Assembly (NCBI GenBank): GCA_973895155.1
Contig: OZ316894.1
Location: forward strand, 16,786,216-16,850,215
Source: Marsupella aquatica
Lineage: Eukaryota > Plantae > Marchantiophyta
DNA: 64,000 nt
Reading direction: 5' to 3'
Below are positions 42,839 through 55,100 of the stretch, piece after piece. Every line of letters begins with the position of its first letter. Position 1 is the first letter of the stretch. The translations under genes were made by a program, and so were the position numbers. The notes beneath the pieces were generated by a model. It saw only the letters and a list, made by a program, of their open reading frames with translations. It had not been told where the DNA came from and searched no databases.

Positions 42839-45825
42839 TTATTTCTTCTTTGATCGAGTTCTTTTCCGCTTCTTTGGTTGCTGCGGAGTATCAGAGGTCG
42901 AGCTGCCCTTCACTATTTCAGAACTATGGCTTGAACTGGTCCAATTTCTGGCTCTTGTGTTCTCATCACTAATATTAGAAGGTGGAGCTCTAGGGTTCCT
43001 AGCGAGTCGGGGAGCTGGTTTGTTCACTACTTTCCTGCTGCCCGGGGACACAGAGTTCCATGCTTTAATCGCTCCAGTTTTGCCCTTAACTCGTGGTGGA
43101 GGTGGCATGAGAACCCTAGCTGGCTTTTGCCTCTGCAAAGAAACAATTTGGAGGTCAGAAGGCAAGAAGCACTTTTACACACCCAGTGAACAACACTGGA
43201 TTTATGTATGGAATCCCAATTGGAAGAGGCGAGCTTCGCAGAACTGTGCCAGCGTTTTCGATTTGCCAACACACTCTACCGTCGTACTAGCAAAAGCTAT
43301 GACAAAAGGACAAACATTGCACGGAAAAACAATGTTAAAATTCAGGATGGAAGAAACCTACTTGATCTTTGGGGTAGGACGCAGCACCCTTCGATGACCT
43401 TTCAGGTCTTTTCATCATTCTAGGCTGAAGTTGTGCTGGAATTCGTGGGGTTGGCTCCTCTTTCACCGTGTCATCTTTTTCCTCACCCAACCTGATCATC
43501 ATAGGTACGTGGTGAGCTGAATTACGTGAAACTTCAAAACATGAGCTAACTCTCAGAAGGGAAGACATTTGAGAGCTTTGGTAATCTTTAGCATCCACCT
43601 TCTAAAGCGACAAACTACGACATTCTGTCCAGGAGAGATTGAATAATCAAAACATGTAACAGAAATTTTGATTTTCAGACCAAAGTATTGCAGGTTCAAA
43701 CCTGGGGCTCTTGTCTGTTAGTTCATCATCAGCATCGGCATCATCACTAGAGGAGCCGACCATGAAGAAATCATCTTCACTCATATCCATGGCCTCATCC
43801 TCACTTCCCGTCTCTGCAATTTCATCACGAAGACTTCAACCGTTAGGCAGATGAGCTGGACACAGCTAATACCTCCACCGTCACTTTTCATTATACAACA
43901 GGAAGCAGTAGGAGGTCCTCGATAGCGAACGGAAGCTGCTTCATTGTTTGTCCAGCATACAAAAGCAACTCACCCTCGAGGTCGACTCCAGCAGCCACAG
44001 CGGCAGCAAGGTTAGCTTTAATTTTCGCTCGAAGAGCTGTTCTCTTTGCCTTCACGTCCTCATCATCATTTCCCATAAAGAGAGACACATACTTCTCTGT
44101 TTTGGGGAAAAACTGTTGTCACAACCATAGAGACGAGAACAAGACAGTCTTAATTCTGCTTCCCACAATATCACTGAATCAGCTCCTAACTTCTCTACGA
44201 AGGTATCTAGAATTTCTCTAGGACATATAGAAACCGTTAATCTTGGACAAGGGGCTATCTAGAATCACTCTTACGATTTGAAACACATTACTTGCGGCAT
44301 TTGTGACTATTTGCAAGCAATGTCAGGAACTCTAGACTCTTGGCACTCCCTTTTGTGAGCTACTAAAGATTACCATTGATCGGGGGCACATGGCATATCT
44401 CAAAGGATGTTGAATGTTGCTTTAATTTGTTCCTAATATTTCGTCCCATTATTTATCCCCATTGAGAAAGGAGAGGCATACACCTAATAGATAGATTGTT
44501 GGCATACTTGCAGAGTCAGAGCGGGCTCCATTCCATTGAATCTAAAACTTTTACTAATACTACTCTATTAACCGGATACTGACAGATAGCGAAGAATTCA
44601 GGTCGCAATCATCGTGAAGCCGAATCAAGTCTTACAACCACAGCAGTCACGCCCCAGACACAAAAGAAGGTCAGTAAGCACCGGAGAACTCAGATCCATC
44701 CACTGCAACGTTTGAGCTCATATTACAGCTGAAGCTGTAGTGTATTTGCAATGTTGGCAGAGTGTTCCGTGGCCAAAATTTAAACATCAATGACAAACCC
44801 CGGAACGTTAGAGCGACGAGCATGAAAATCGGACTAGAAAATTCTTCATGCCCATGTCAATAACTAGTCGAGAGGTCAGGACAGATACCTTGACATACTC
44901 CAGGTCCTCCTTCAGTTGAAAAAGCTGCTGCGACAAAGGACCGTCCGCAAAAATTTGATCACCGACTGATCGCTGTTGTTTCTCGAGTCGACGTATTCTT
45001 CTTTCAATCTTTCTCCTCTCTGCGGAACGCAGAATCGACATATTATTGAAAAATAAGTAGTAATAAGTTAAACCATCTCCTCGTGTAAGATAACTTACAT
45101 TGAAGGGAAATGACACCTATAATGCCAACACGCAGAAGAATGGCTCCCAAGGTCCTCTTAAATGGGACAATCCACTCTACGGTTGGAAAGTCAGTAGGAC
45201 ATATGATCCTTCCGAAGACGTGATTGCAAATTGTGATGAATGACTGGGAACACAGTACTGCAAGTAGTCCAAGAAGAAAACACATTGAAACTACAAAGAG
45301 AAGACCACAATAGGAACGTTTGAAGGTGACAAACTAACCAAAGAATTTCACCCTCCGATATCGCAGGGACATTTTCCGCTCCAGCTCACAACGCGCATGC
45401 AGTTCAGCTTGCTTCTTCAAGTCTTCTAGCCGCTTTTCCTGAGCATCTTTCACTTCCGAGAGAAGTGGCTGATAACCATCCGTCAATCCATCGACCACTT
45501 AGGGTTGGGTATCAAAACCACATGATAATGATAATGTTTAGGAAAAGGAAAAAGTGCCGTTCAACAACAAATGTCCTTGTCCTTGCTTTCCGGCTGCCTG
45601 ATGCTAATCCACCAGAAGAGAGGAAACGAAGAACGATACCTTTTTAAGAAGTCGCTCTATAGAACGAATCTGATTCTTGATGGAGACTATCTTCGCTTTC
45701 TTCTCACTTTCTTTCCGTACTGCATGAGGTCCCTTGTCCCGACCTTTTCCACCTGGTTTATTACTTCCGCCAGAGTATGGTAGCTTCCCCGCCACCCTCC
45801 TCTTCCCGTATCCTCCATGCGCCAT
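42839..45825 (-). CDS. EFG1: rRNA-processing protein EFG1 (DUF2361) homolog
   Basis: Start MAHGGYGKRRV..VSIKNQIRSIERLLKK (45825); later exons ERRKIERRIRRLEKQQR..LKEDLEYVK, FPKTEKYVSLFMGNDDE..AAGVDLE, EDEAMDMSEDDFFM, VLMPPPPR, ending KKRKRTRSKKK* at 42839. This matches the plant EFG1-like family from memory. Confidence 0.88.
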
Positions 45826-45985
45826 CGATCTATATGGCCCTGCCTGAACTTCGGAGCTAGCGGAGCACCGATATGGCGACTCGAGTCAGTTCAATTAAGG
45901 TCAACAGTAGTCGCAATTGGAGATAGTAGTCTACCACACTACTCGATCATGTCAACAATCCTCAATCCTCATCAACAAGCTCATG

Positions 45986-46027
45986 TCTTCTTCTTCTTCT
46001 TCTTCTTCTTTCTTCGTGGTCTTCTTC
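45986..46027. repeat. (TTC)n microsatellite upstream of EFG1
   Basis: tcttcttcttcttcttcttcttctt. Confidence 0.85.
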
Positions 46028-46277
46028 AACCAGCCTCGAACAACACCTCCGCGGTTCGACACTGATTCCTCCGCCTGCTCCTACTCCTCGCCTCCATGAC
46101 CGCATTCTCGACCGACTGCACAATTTCCATCGCGCCTCCCTTTCGAGCGCGACGCCGCTACAATCTGCTCTCGGGATTCATTCACTGCAATCCCTTGATC
46201 GCAGCTGCAGCACCACTCTTCCATACCCCCAAATGCTTTACTTCCTGTTTACTCGTGGCTCTGTCTTGCCCTGATCA

Positions 46278-46612
46278 ATTGGCCCTGCCGAGCCTCGACT
46301 GCCCTCCCTCCCTGTTTCACTTCACTTCGGTTGTGCCATCCCTGGACTGCCTGTTTCGGTTCGGTCACGCCATACCTGGAATGGAGTGCCATCCCGTAGT
46401 GTGCCAAATATTCATTATTATTTTTATTCCATTTAACGACTTGGCCCTGCCGAGCCGAGCCGAGCCTTGCCTTGCCTTGCCTTGCCTTGCCTTGCTTCGC
46501 TTCGCTTCGCTTCGCTTCGCTTCGACTGGCCCTCCCTTCCTGTTTCAGTTCGGTTATGCCATCTCTGGAGTGCCATCCCATAGTGTGCCAAATATTTATT
46601 ATTATTTTTACT
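46278..46612. repeat. Duplicated ~160-bp unit, with the second copy expanded by pentamer arrays (GCCGA)n(CCTTG)n(CTTCG)n
   Basis: ttggccctgccgagcc...cctgtttc..ttcggt...gccat..ctgga..gagtgccatccc.tagtgtgccaaatatt.attattattttta occurs twice; pentamer runs at 46448-46524. Confidence 0.8.
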
Positions 46613-49600
46613 GACCCCATTAGAGGTCCCTTCCAAAATTCCTGGCACCACAGCATGTCATGTCAACAACAATGTCAACAACAACCGTAACAAACAGGAA
46701 CGAATTGGTCTCCACAATGAAATTATGCCCACATTCGAGTTTGCGACAAGATTTTGGTAAAACTGGGGACGCCATGCCGTAAAAATTCATGTAAACTTGT
46801 TTTACAATTAACCGTATTATTTACCTTTAGATAACAAATTATTGAAGTTGAGATAGACAATAACCGTTTTTTCAACCCCTAAATAACGGAATGCGCAACA
46901 TTAAGTAATAACAATAACCATTAAGTAATAATTAAAAAGAGAAAAAAATTAAATGTGTAATCGAAAGTAAGCACTTGTCACTAGAAACAGTTAAGTAATT
47001 AACGTCCACTACAATCCATCCCGGCCGCAATCCAAACTGTAACGAGCGCTCCTCCGCGCCACAACCTATGCACGAATTCTCGTTGTTGATTTTGATGGTG
47101 ATGGTGCGGTGAATGTGTGCACACGCAATGTTGAGAGAAACGATAAGGTGAGAAAGAAGCTGCCCGATCGAAGACTCGATAACAAAGAAACCAGAAGAGA
47201 GTTCATTTTATAAGGACCAAAAGCAGGAAAAGCAACGATCGCAAACAGAATTAATAAGAAGAAACTGAAGAACGAAATGATCGAATCAGGAAGAGAAGGA
47301 CTGCGATTTGAACCTGAAATCAAATTAAAACAAAGATCAAAAGAGGCCATGGCGAAGTGAAAGTGTAAAGAGAGACTAACACAACGCCCTGAGGATCCAG
47401 AGAACAACAGAAAATTTAAAGAGGAAATTAAGGATCGAACAAGAAGATATAAAATGCTGCAGAAACACGATTGGGGCAGAGAAGAGCGGAAAGGCAGCGA
47501 CCTAATCAGAAGAAAAAGGCAAAAGCAATTCGATCAAACAAGGTCAACTTTCATTGCTGAATCCTTCTGATTTTGATGTCTCTCTTCTGATTCTCGTTAC
47601 TTCTTTTTTCTGGTCTTTTGAATCCGTGTCTCTTCTTTTTGCCTTGTATTATTCTTTCTCGATCAAGTGCGAGCGTTGTTCTTATGGATTCTTTTGCTTA
47701 TTCTAAGTTTCTGCCTAATGAATGATCGAATGTCAGACACCAATGCCCTTCACGAGCGCTCATTTTGCTTCTTCCTTGCTTCTTCCTTTTTCTGGTTGTC
47801 TTTATGTTTTCCTTTCGGCTCCCAGAGATTGCTTCCCCTCTGTTTCAATTCTCCAATTTTTGACCCCTCAGACAGTTGCTTCCGGATATGATCGTAGCCG
47901 AGATCGTAGCGCTGTCAGCGTTAAGGATTCAGAGTTCTGGAGCCAGTAGCAAATACTGACTCTATGTCCGAATATGGATGAGAGATTTGAAAGATTCTGG
48001 GAGGGTTCCTCCACACTGCGCAAGATGTTTCAGGCTTTAGGTTTCTGCCGTGAGCTTTTCGGACCTCTAATTGAGAATTTATGAGGTATCATCAGATTTT
48101 CCAGATTTGGCTTCATAGCTATACTATCTATTTTTTAACACATTTTTTATTTGTATCAATAACTATCCAATTTTCAATCTCAATCAAATAAAAACAGGTG
48201 GAGGTCCACGAACTAATTATTCCATTTAATTACAGTAGTTCGTGGACCCCCTGGTTACATTTTTTAGGCCTTGTTTAAGTAAAAAGAATTTATGTAATAC
48301 TAGCTTTAACTCAATTTGTGAGAGGCTATTATGGTCCAAAATGCTTTCATATCACAAATTATTATGATGAGATAGTTTGACAAATTTTAATGAAAATATA
48401 GGAGAAACTACCTCATACAAATGCGATTTTGCAATCTTCTTCGTAATGACCATGAAAATAAGGGCTTTTAGCTTGAGTTTTGAGAGGCTAATATGGTCTA
48501 TAATGCTCTACTAGCACACATTAAAACACTTAAGATCTAATTTTACAACATTAATTAATAAACCCAAGGCACAGTTTTGTTTAAGTTAGTTATTTTGGGC
48601 ATTGTATGACACTATAATTCACAACTAAATTGCCCTGGGCACTCAATTTGAGTTGAGAAGCCTACTTTCTCCACATCAAATAATTGAGAAATTTTGCTTT
48701 TCTCAACAAGGAACCCTAAGCTTTCTAGTAGCTGAGTCCTCTTTGTAGAATATTTGTCGCCTGATTTGTCAATGTACTTTGGCAAGTTTTGAATTAGAGG
48801 TTGATAGCCTCATGACCTTGACGCAGCTATTCACCAAATGGAGAAGGGCAGTGCTTAAGCTTTCAAAAGAGAGAAGTCTGATTAGGAAGAGAGCTAGTAG
48901 TCATGTTGTGTTGGACAAATAGGATAGAGTTAACGCCATGCATTGTTTAGATTAGATTTCTAACGAAATCATTGTGGCCCCATTCAACCATGGCTTGAGC
49001 AATTTAACATTTGTTCAACTGCCACAAGAATACTTTGCTTTTCAAGCCAAAGTCCACAGCATGGTTATCACAAGAAATTGTCAAAATCAGGCCTTTTTGC
49101 TACATGCTACCAAATTCTCAAGCTACAAGAGTCAATATATAGTCAATCCGTGGTAAGTACATTTGAAATCAGATCAATGTCTGATCAAATGAATTGTATC
49201 AATACATAGAATTCAAGTTCCGACCATAGCTGGTAGTTTGCCTGAATTGCAAAACCCTAGAAATCTTACTCCATGTGCCAATTACACTTTAACAAGGAAG
49301 TTATCAAGATAGGTATTAGTCATTGCTTATTATATGAAACTTTTTAAAATTGGATAAGTAACTAAAATGGTTACATAGTGACAGTTTTACCCGTCTTGCT
49401 CTTTGCATTTCTAAATTTTTACATTTTCTTTTACGGCATGGCGTCCAAAAATTTACACCCAAATTGATACAAACACGAATGAGATCTTTTTTAGTTGCTT
49501 GCTTTGGAGGTCTTTGCATCCTTACAACTATTTCTACCATGATTTCTTCTTGAACTGTGCGGTCTATTGTATTGAGCAGCGGCCTTATCCCCTATTTTTG

Positions 49601-50830
49601 TCCTCACTGGCTTCTTTTGGCAAAGGGTGTCCGTTGGTCTACAACAGGCTCAAGCATTCATAGTGCTCCAGTGAGCTGAGGTGGTTGATTTCAGGGCTTC
49701 CAGTCAATTCCCTATTAGTGACCCTCTTAAGTATGCACTTCACCCAAAGCTCTACCAGGCATTTCCTTATGTGCCTCAATAGGGCTTTTGGGCTTTTTGG
49801 TCCTTAGGCTTTTGACTCTTGGGTTTTCTCAGTCTTTTCCTTTGAACCCCTTTATAATTGTGTTTTTGGCTTTTGGGATCATGTCTCAAGGTATGTAGTT
49901 TGGTATGGCATTTTTGTTGTGTTGCAATTCCAAATAGAGTATGTGGGCCCATTTGTTCAAGACATGTTTAATTTGGTTTTCATATCATACTAGCCCAATG
50001 CCCATCCGCGAAGATGTCACAACAAGGCAAAGAATACAGGTGAGGCAAGGAAGTTGTTGAAACATCTTATGTGTTGTGGGGAGGTTCCAACCTCAAACGG
50101 GGAGGTTCCAAACGGTCACTATATGTGTAGGGCCATACGTCCCGTGCCACAGTTTTGGGCGGTTTTGGGTATTTATGACCCCTCTTTATCACTTTAAATA
50201 AAGTTGTACAATACCAACCATATGATGACACATAAACATTTTGTAATTGAAAAACCCTATATTTCCACTACAACTTAATAACTTTTTCTCAGAATGATTA
50301 CAATGACGATATACTTTGTCACATTAATTTACAAGGAAGTAATCCCCTTGAGATCAGAATTTTACCCATGGAGAATATTCCCAAATGTTTTCCAACGGTA
50401 ACTTGTACCCGACTATGGTGCTACTATGGTTAGAAACGAGCCATAGTCGAGGCAAAAAGTATAAATAGAAGTGCCGCGACTTGTCTTCAGTATTTTGTGG
50501 TGTTCCAAGTGTGGTAGGTTTGGTGTACATTTCTTTCTTTGCAGGTGGTGAATATTTCTTTTGGATAATTGTTCAGGTCTTAGTGAGAGCTACATTTCTC
50601 TCTGTTTTTTGGACGGAGTCAACCCGCACTAGATGATAGTTGCATTTTTGGGGGGTGGGTGGGGGTGACTTTTGCTTACGTTTCACTGTTCTCCTCCTTT
50701 TGCCTTTACTCTCATGACTGAAAATAGTGAGCCTTCGAGTGGTTGTTGGTCCTTTGCCTTGTTCTGGTCTGGCGGCTACTCCTGTTTTGGGCATTCGAGT
50801 GGTTGTTTTATTGGGTTTTGTGGTTGATTT

Positions 50831-51018
50831 ATTGGGTTTAACTTTTTACTTTTCTCGTAAGTAAAGTGCTTCTTTCAATAAACAAATATCTCATAAAGTT
50901 AACCAGGTGATATCCACAGATGATTGAGTTCCTCTTTTATTGGGTTCTATTTTTTACTTTCTCATAAGTAAAGTGCTTCTTTCAAGAAACAAAATATCTC
51001 ATAAAGCTAGCCAGGTGA
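50831..51018. repeat. ~108-bp tandem duplication upstream of the NLR-like gene
   Basis: attgggtt..tttttactt.ctc.taagtaaagtgcttctttcaa.aaacaaa.atctcataaag.ta.ccaggtga occurs at ~50831 and ~50939. Confidence 0.8.
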
Positions 51019-52118
51019 GCCTTAATCCTATGCATAGTTGACTGAGAGTGCAGCGAGTATGTTGAGGTTGCCTACAAACAAAGAAGATGTGGACCACCCT
51101 TTTCTTAGGCTTTTCTCCAGTTTTCCCTTAGCAATTTTTCATGACGCATCTATTTGCTTTCTCCCATTGCGACCGAAGACGTATGTCAGATTCGGATTGC
51201 ATGCAAGACCATGGTAGTGCCTATTATTCCATCGATTGACGGAACCTCTTTTAAAAAGAAATTCGGGTCTGCTGCCAACCCCCTGGGCCCAAGCTCAAAG
51301 TCAGATCCGGTTCATATGGGTCCGGTTCATATGGACAGGGAAATTACGTTCCTTTCTGGGATGGTCAAAAAAAGTACAGGCTCTAAGTCTGAGAAGGTGG
51401 GCTTCCACGACACTGAATTCTCAAGAATATATGGAAGCCGTCACTGAGTGGGCATCCATCCCTTTGTAAGTTCATCGAACCTGAAGTATATCTATGCCTA
51501 GACCTTGACTTTCAACGTTTGATAATGCTCCTCCAGCTAGTGCTCCTGCAGTGCCGCACTACCTTAGCTTTCAATCATCGACATTGGAGGTCTCACAACT
51601 ATTAAACGATCCTGCTCAGCATCATCGTCATCGTGCTTATGAGCTCCCTTTTCATTGTGTATGTCATGCAACAGTGTGATATTGAACTCTCTTGAAAACC
51701 TTTGGTGTGACTCCACTGCATGTTGATCTGAATTCTTTCGCTGAATGGCTGAGCATTTCCCGATGTCGAGTCGGGAGGAGTGGTGAGGAGAGCTTTTTGT
51801 CGGTAAGTGGTTAGTCGGTTCTCTCAATTCGAAAGAAGTCCTGGATCGTGAGGAGGCAGCCTAGTCCGGATTTTGAAGGCATAGAACTCCGAGGAAGAAC
51901 TGATTCGGGTAAAGCCATTCCATGAAGCAATTGTACTTAATATTTTCTGATGTCCATGGTAGTAGCGAGATCGATTTCCAAATGGTATGGCTATATGGAT
52001 ACTGTGGGCAACGTAGACATACGTACAGTAGCAAGCGACTTAGTTCATCTGCGAAGTTCACCTAGCTTTGCTAATATTTTGGTAATCTTTGCCATTGCGT
52101 GCCTGGTCGTACAGATTC

Positions 52119-55100
52119 ATGGAGGCGGTGAAGGAAGTCGTTACTGTCTGCGGTTCAATTCTCGACATTATGTCAAACATTGAGAATGTCAAAGAAGACT
52201 GGTTCACTGTGTCAGTGGAGTATCAAAGTGAAGCGACGATACTCCGCTCAAAGCTTGCGTACTATGAGGAGCAAGTCCGCATCCATCAGCAACCTGTGGA
52301 GAGCACTATGATGAAGACATTAAAGAAAGCCGAATTGGTACTGAAGAGAGCGGAAGCAAGATTGAACAGGTTGGAGAAAGGCGTAAACGTCAACCAATGC
52401 TGTTCCCAATTCTGGTGGTTATATGCAAAAGTGACCTTCACACTTTTCCCGGAAAAGTTAGAAAAGACATTTCAGACGGTGATCCAAGAGCTTGAGAGTG
52501 TCTCAAACAACATCGAGGAGGAAGTGAAATTCTCTGGTCTTATGCTAGAAGCAAGCAAGATTCGAGCCATGCCTACAGTTATCCACAATAATGATAACAA
52601 GTATGTTCCAATAGAAAAATCACAGTCTGCGGTTATCAAAGCAATTGAAGATACTCAGAGCGGGACTCGCATGATATTATTGTATGGTGGTGTAGGGAAA
52701 GGCAAGTCCACCCTAGCCAGATATATCTGTGAGCGCTATGGGCAATTTGGAGAAAAAAGCATCGTCTTTGATCATGTGATTTTTGTGTCGTGTGGTAATT
52801 GTTCCATATCTGATCTTGCCACCAAGCAGTACGAAATTTTGGAGCACCTTTCTCCCACTAGTTTAACTGAGGAAAGTAATTCAAAATCTGGGGAGAATGT
52901 TGGCTCAAAATCTCGAATCGCCAAAGCTCTACATAATGTTTTTTCTGGTAAAAAGATTTTGATGATCTTAGATGGCGTTTCGGATAAACAGTTTCTGTAT
53001 GGAATGTGGAAGGCTGCCAGAGACGGCAAAGATGATAAACTTCTCATCACTTCCCAAAGGTCTAATCTATGTGAAGACATTAAAGATGCCACTGTGCTTA
53101 TTACCATGGAAGATGCTTCCAAAGAGGAAGCGGGAAAGATCCTTGCCTCCCTTGTGGGGCTGGAGAGTAGCAAATTTCCTGAGAATATAAAGGTGAGTTT
53201 CCCTCAAACCAAATCTTAATGTATCACATATTGCAAAGTATATGTCTTGCTCTTTTCTAGTTGTCTCCTCAACGACTTTTTCTTTGGCTCAATGCAGGAA
53301 TATGCAGATAAGATGATAGAAGCAACCGGTGGAAATCCCTTAGCTTTGGCCTGTTTGGCAAGTACATTTTCTTACAAGGCAGATAAAAGGAACAAGAGGG
53401 CTTGGCGAGATGCTTGGATGGAATTATCTGAGTTACTAGACTCTAAAGCTACGAGTATTGTGTTAGACGATGAGAGTGCTACTCCTAGAAGCTTGTGGGG
53501 GGCCATGACACTTTGTCTAGAATCTCTGGAAACCAGGGATGCCAAACGGATACTCTTCTTGATGTATGCATGTAAAGCAGAATCTGTTCCCGAACATGTC
53601 CTTAGACTTTTTTGTGCTGGTATGAAGATGTCAAGCTCTTCATTCACACGATCGACAGATGAATTATGGATGAGAGAACTATTGAAGCGTAAAGCTGATC
53701 CATTGGCATCCAAGATGAATTTGGACCAGGAAGAAACTGAGGACGACTCTCCAGCGTGGTCCCTACAGTCTCTGGTGAAGCTTTATATGGAACGGCATGC
53801 TGTGGGTAAACAGGACGTCAGGGATATGATTGGGGCATTGCTTGGTGATGAAAGTTTTTCACCTGAGTCAATCAGTAGATGCAAGTTGCAGGATTATGAA
53901 TCGGAAATAGTGGGGAATGAAATAGAGATTGTGGAGAGTGACGCAATGAGAATGAGAATCACTCTTTGTGCTCTATACTTTGATGGCTGTCACACTGATC
54001 CAGTTGTGACTCGTGCCATGACTAAGGCTTCCAAAATAGCCAATCTTGTGGATTCTGATGACACCATGACGGATCTAAGGAGGAAAGCTATCGAGCCGTT
54101 GATATGGCTCTTGGACAAGCCTGAAGAGGAGGAGCAATGGACGGAAATGGACAAAGGCCGTGTGAGAAAGGTATTTCCCTTGTCACCTTTGAAGATTAAT
54201 TTGCTTCCCTCGCTGCACGTACCTTAGTTATCTTGAATTCAAATAGAAAATCATCCGAATAATTCTAATACTTCCTCACTCACAAAATCTAGCAGCTCAC
54301 ATGTTTGATATGGAACCGAATGCGTGACAGTGAGTCAGAGTTCGCCATTCTTCAACTATTCTTCGTAAGTAAGTGGAAAACAAACAAATTCAGCTTTCAA
54401 AACGAAATTAAGGCGTTTGATTTCGTTTTTAGCATATGGACGTGTCGTTCATACAAATAATGTTAGCCAGACGAACAAGCTATATGCGAACTGTAAGTAC
54501 GAGGCTTAATAGAAGCATGATTTTTAAGAGTCCTTGGAAAGCCATGTCTCTTCGATCGGTACGTTTTCTGCCTTGATCATGTTTGTTCTGATCCATAATT
54601 ATCACTAAATTTCAATTTGTGGGCATTGTGATTCCCTTTCTTTACAGGTCCTTCTCAACTTCATATGCAACCGGCGGCTAGATAACGACAACATCACTTA
54701 CCTGTTGAAGTTGGCTGCTTGTCCTTCCGCACAGTTGGCCACTCTCTCGGCTATTAGTCATATTTTTTCCATCGAAGAGACGCCTCTGCTCAATGAACAT
54801 ACAATCACCTTTTTGCAATCTGTACTTGACCTTTTGACTTTGACGAAGGCTTTGCAGAGTACTGTGCGACAGGCGGCCTCTAAAACATTGCGTGATGTTT
54901 GTTGGAAGGCTGCATATGACAAATCAGCAATCCTTGTTGGAAACTTTCCGGGTGTTTTTGACGTGCTAGTACACTCACTCGCCATACCCCATTCGAAGTC
55001 GGATGCATTTGCAGAAAATGCAGCTTCAGCTTTGACTGGCTTAGCATTCTCGAACGAATATGAGATCGTACGAGGAATTGTGAACAACGAGGGCCTACTG

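Noticed and set aside
49985-50020. Possible Helitron 3' end on the minus strand (short hairpin then CTAG)
   Set aside because: The stem is only about 5 bp with a wobble pair, and no matching 5' end or helicase remnant was found.
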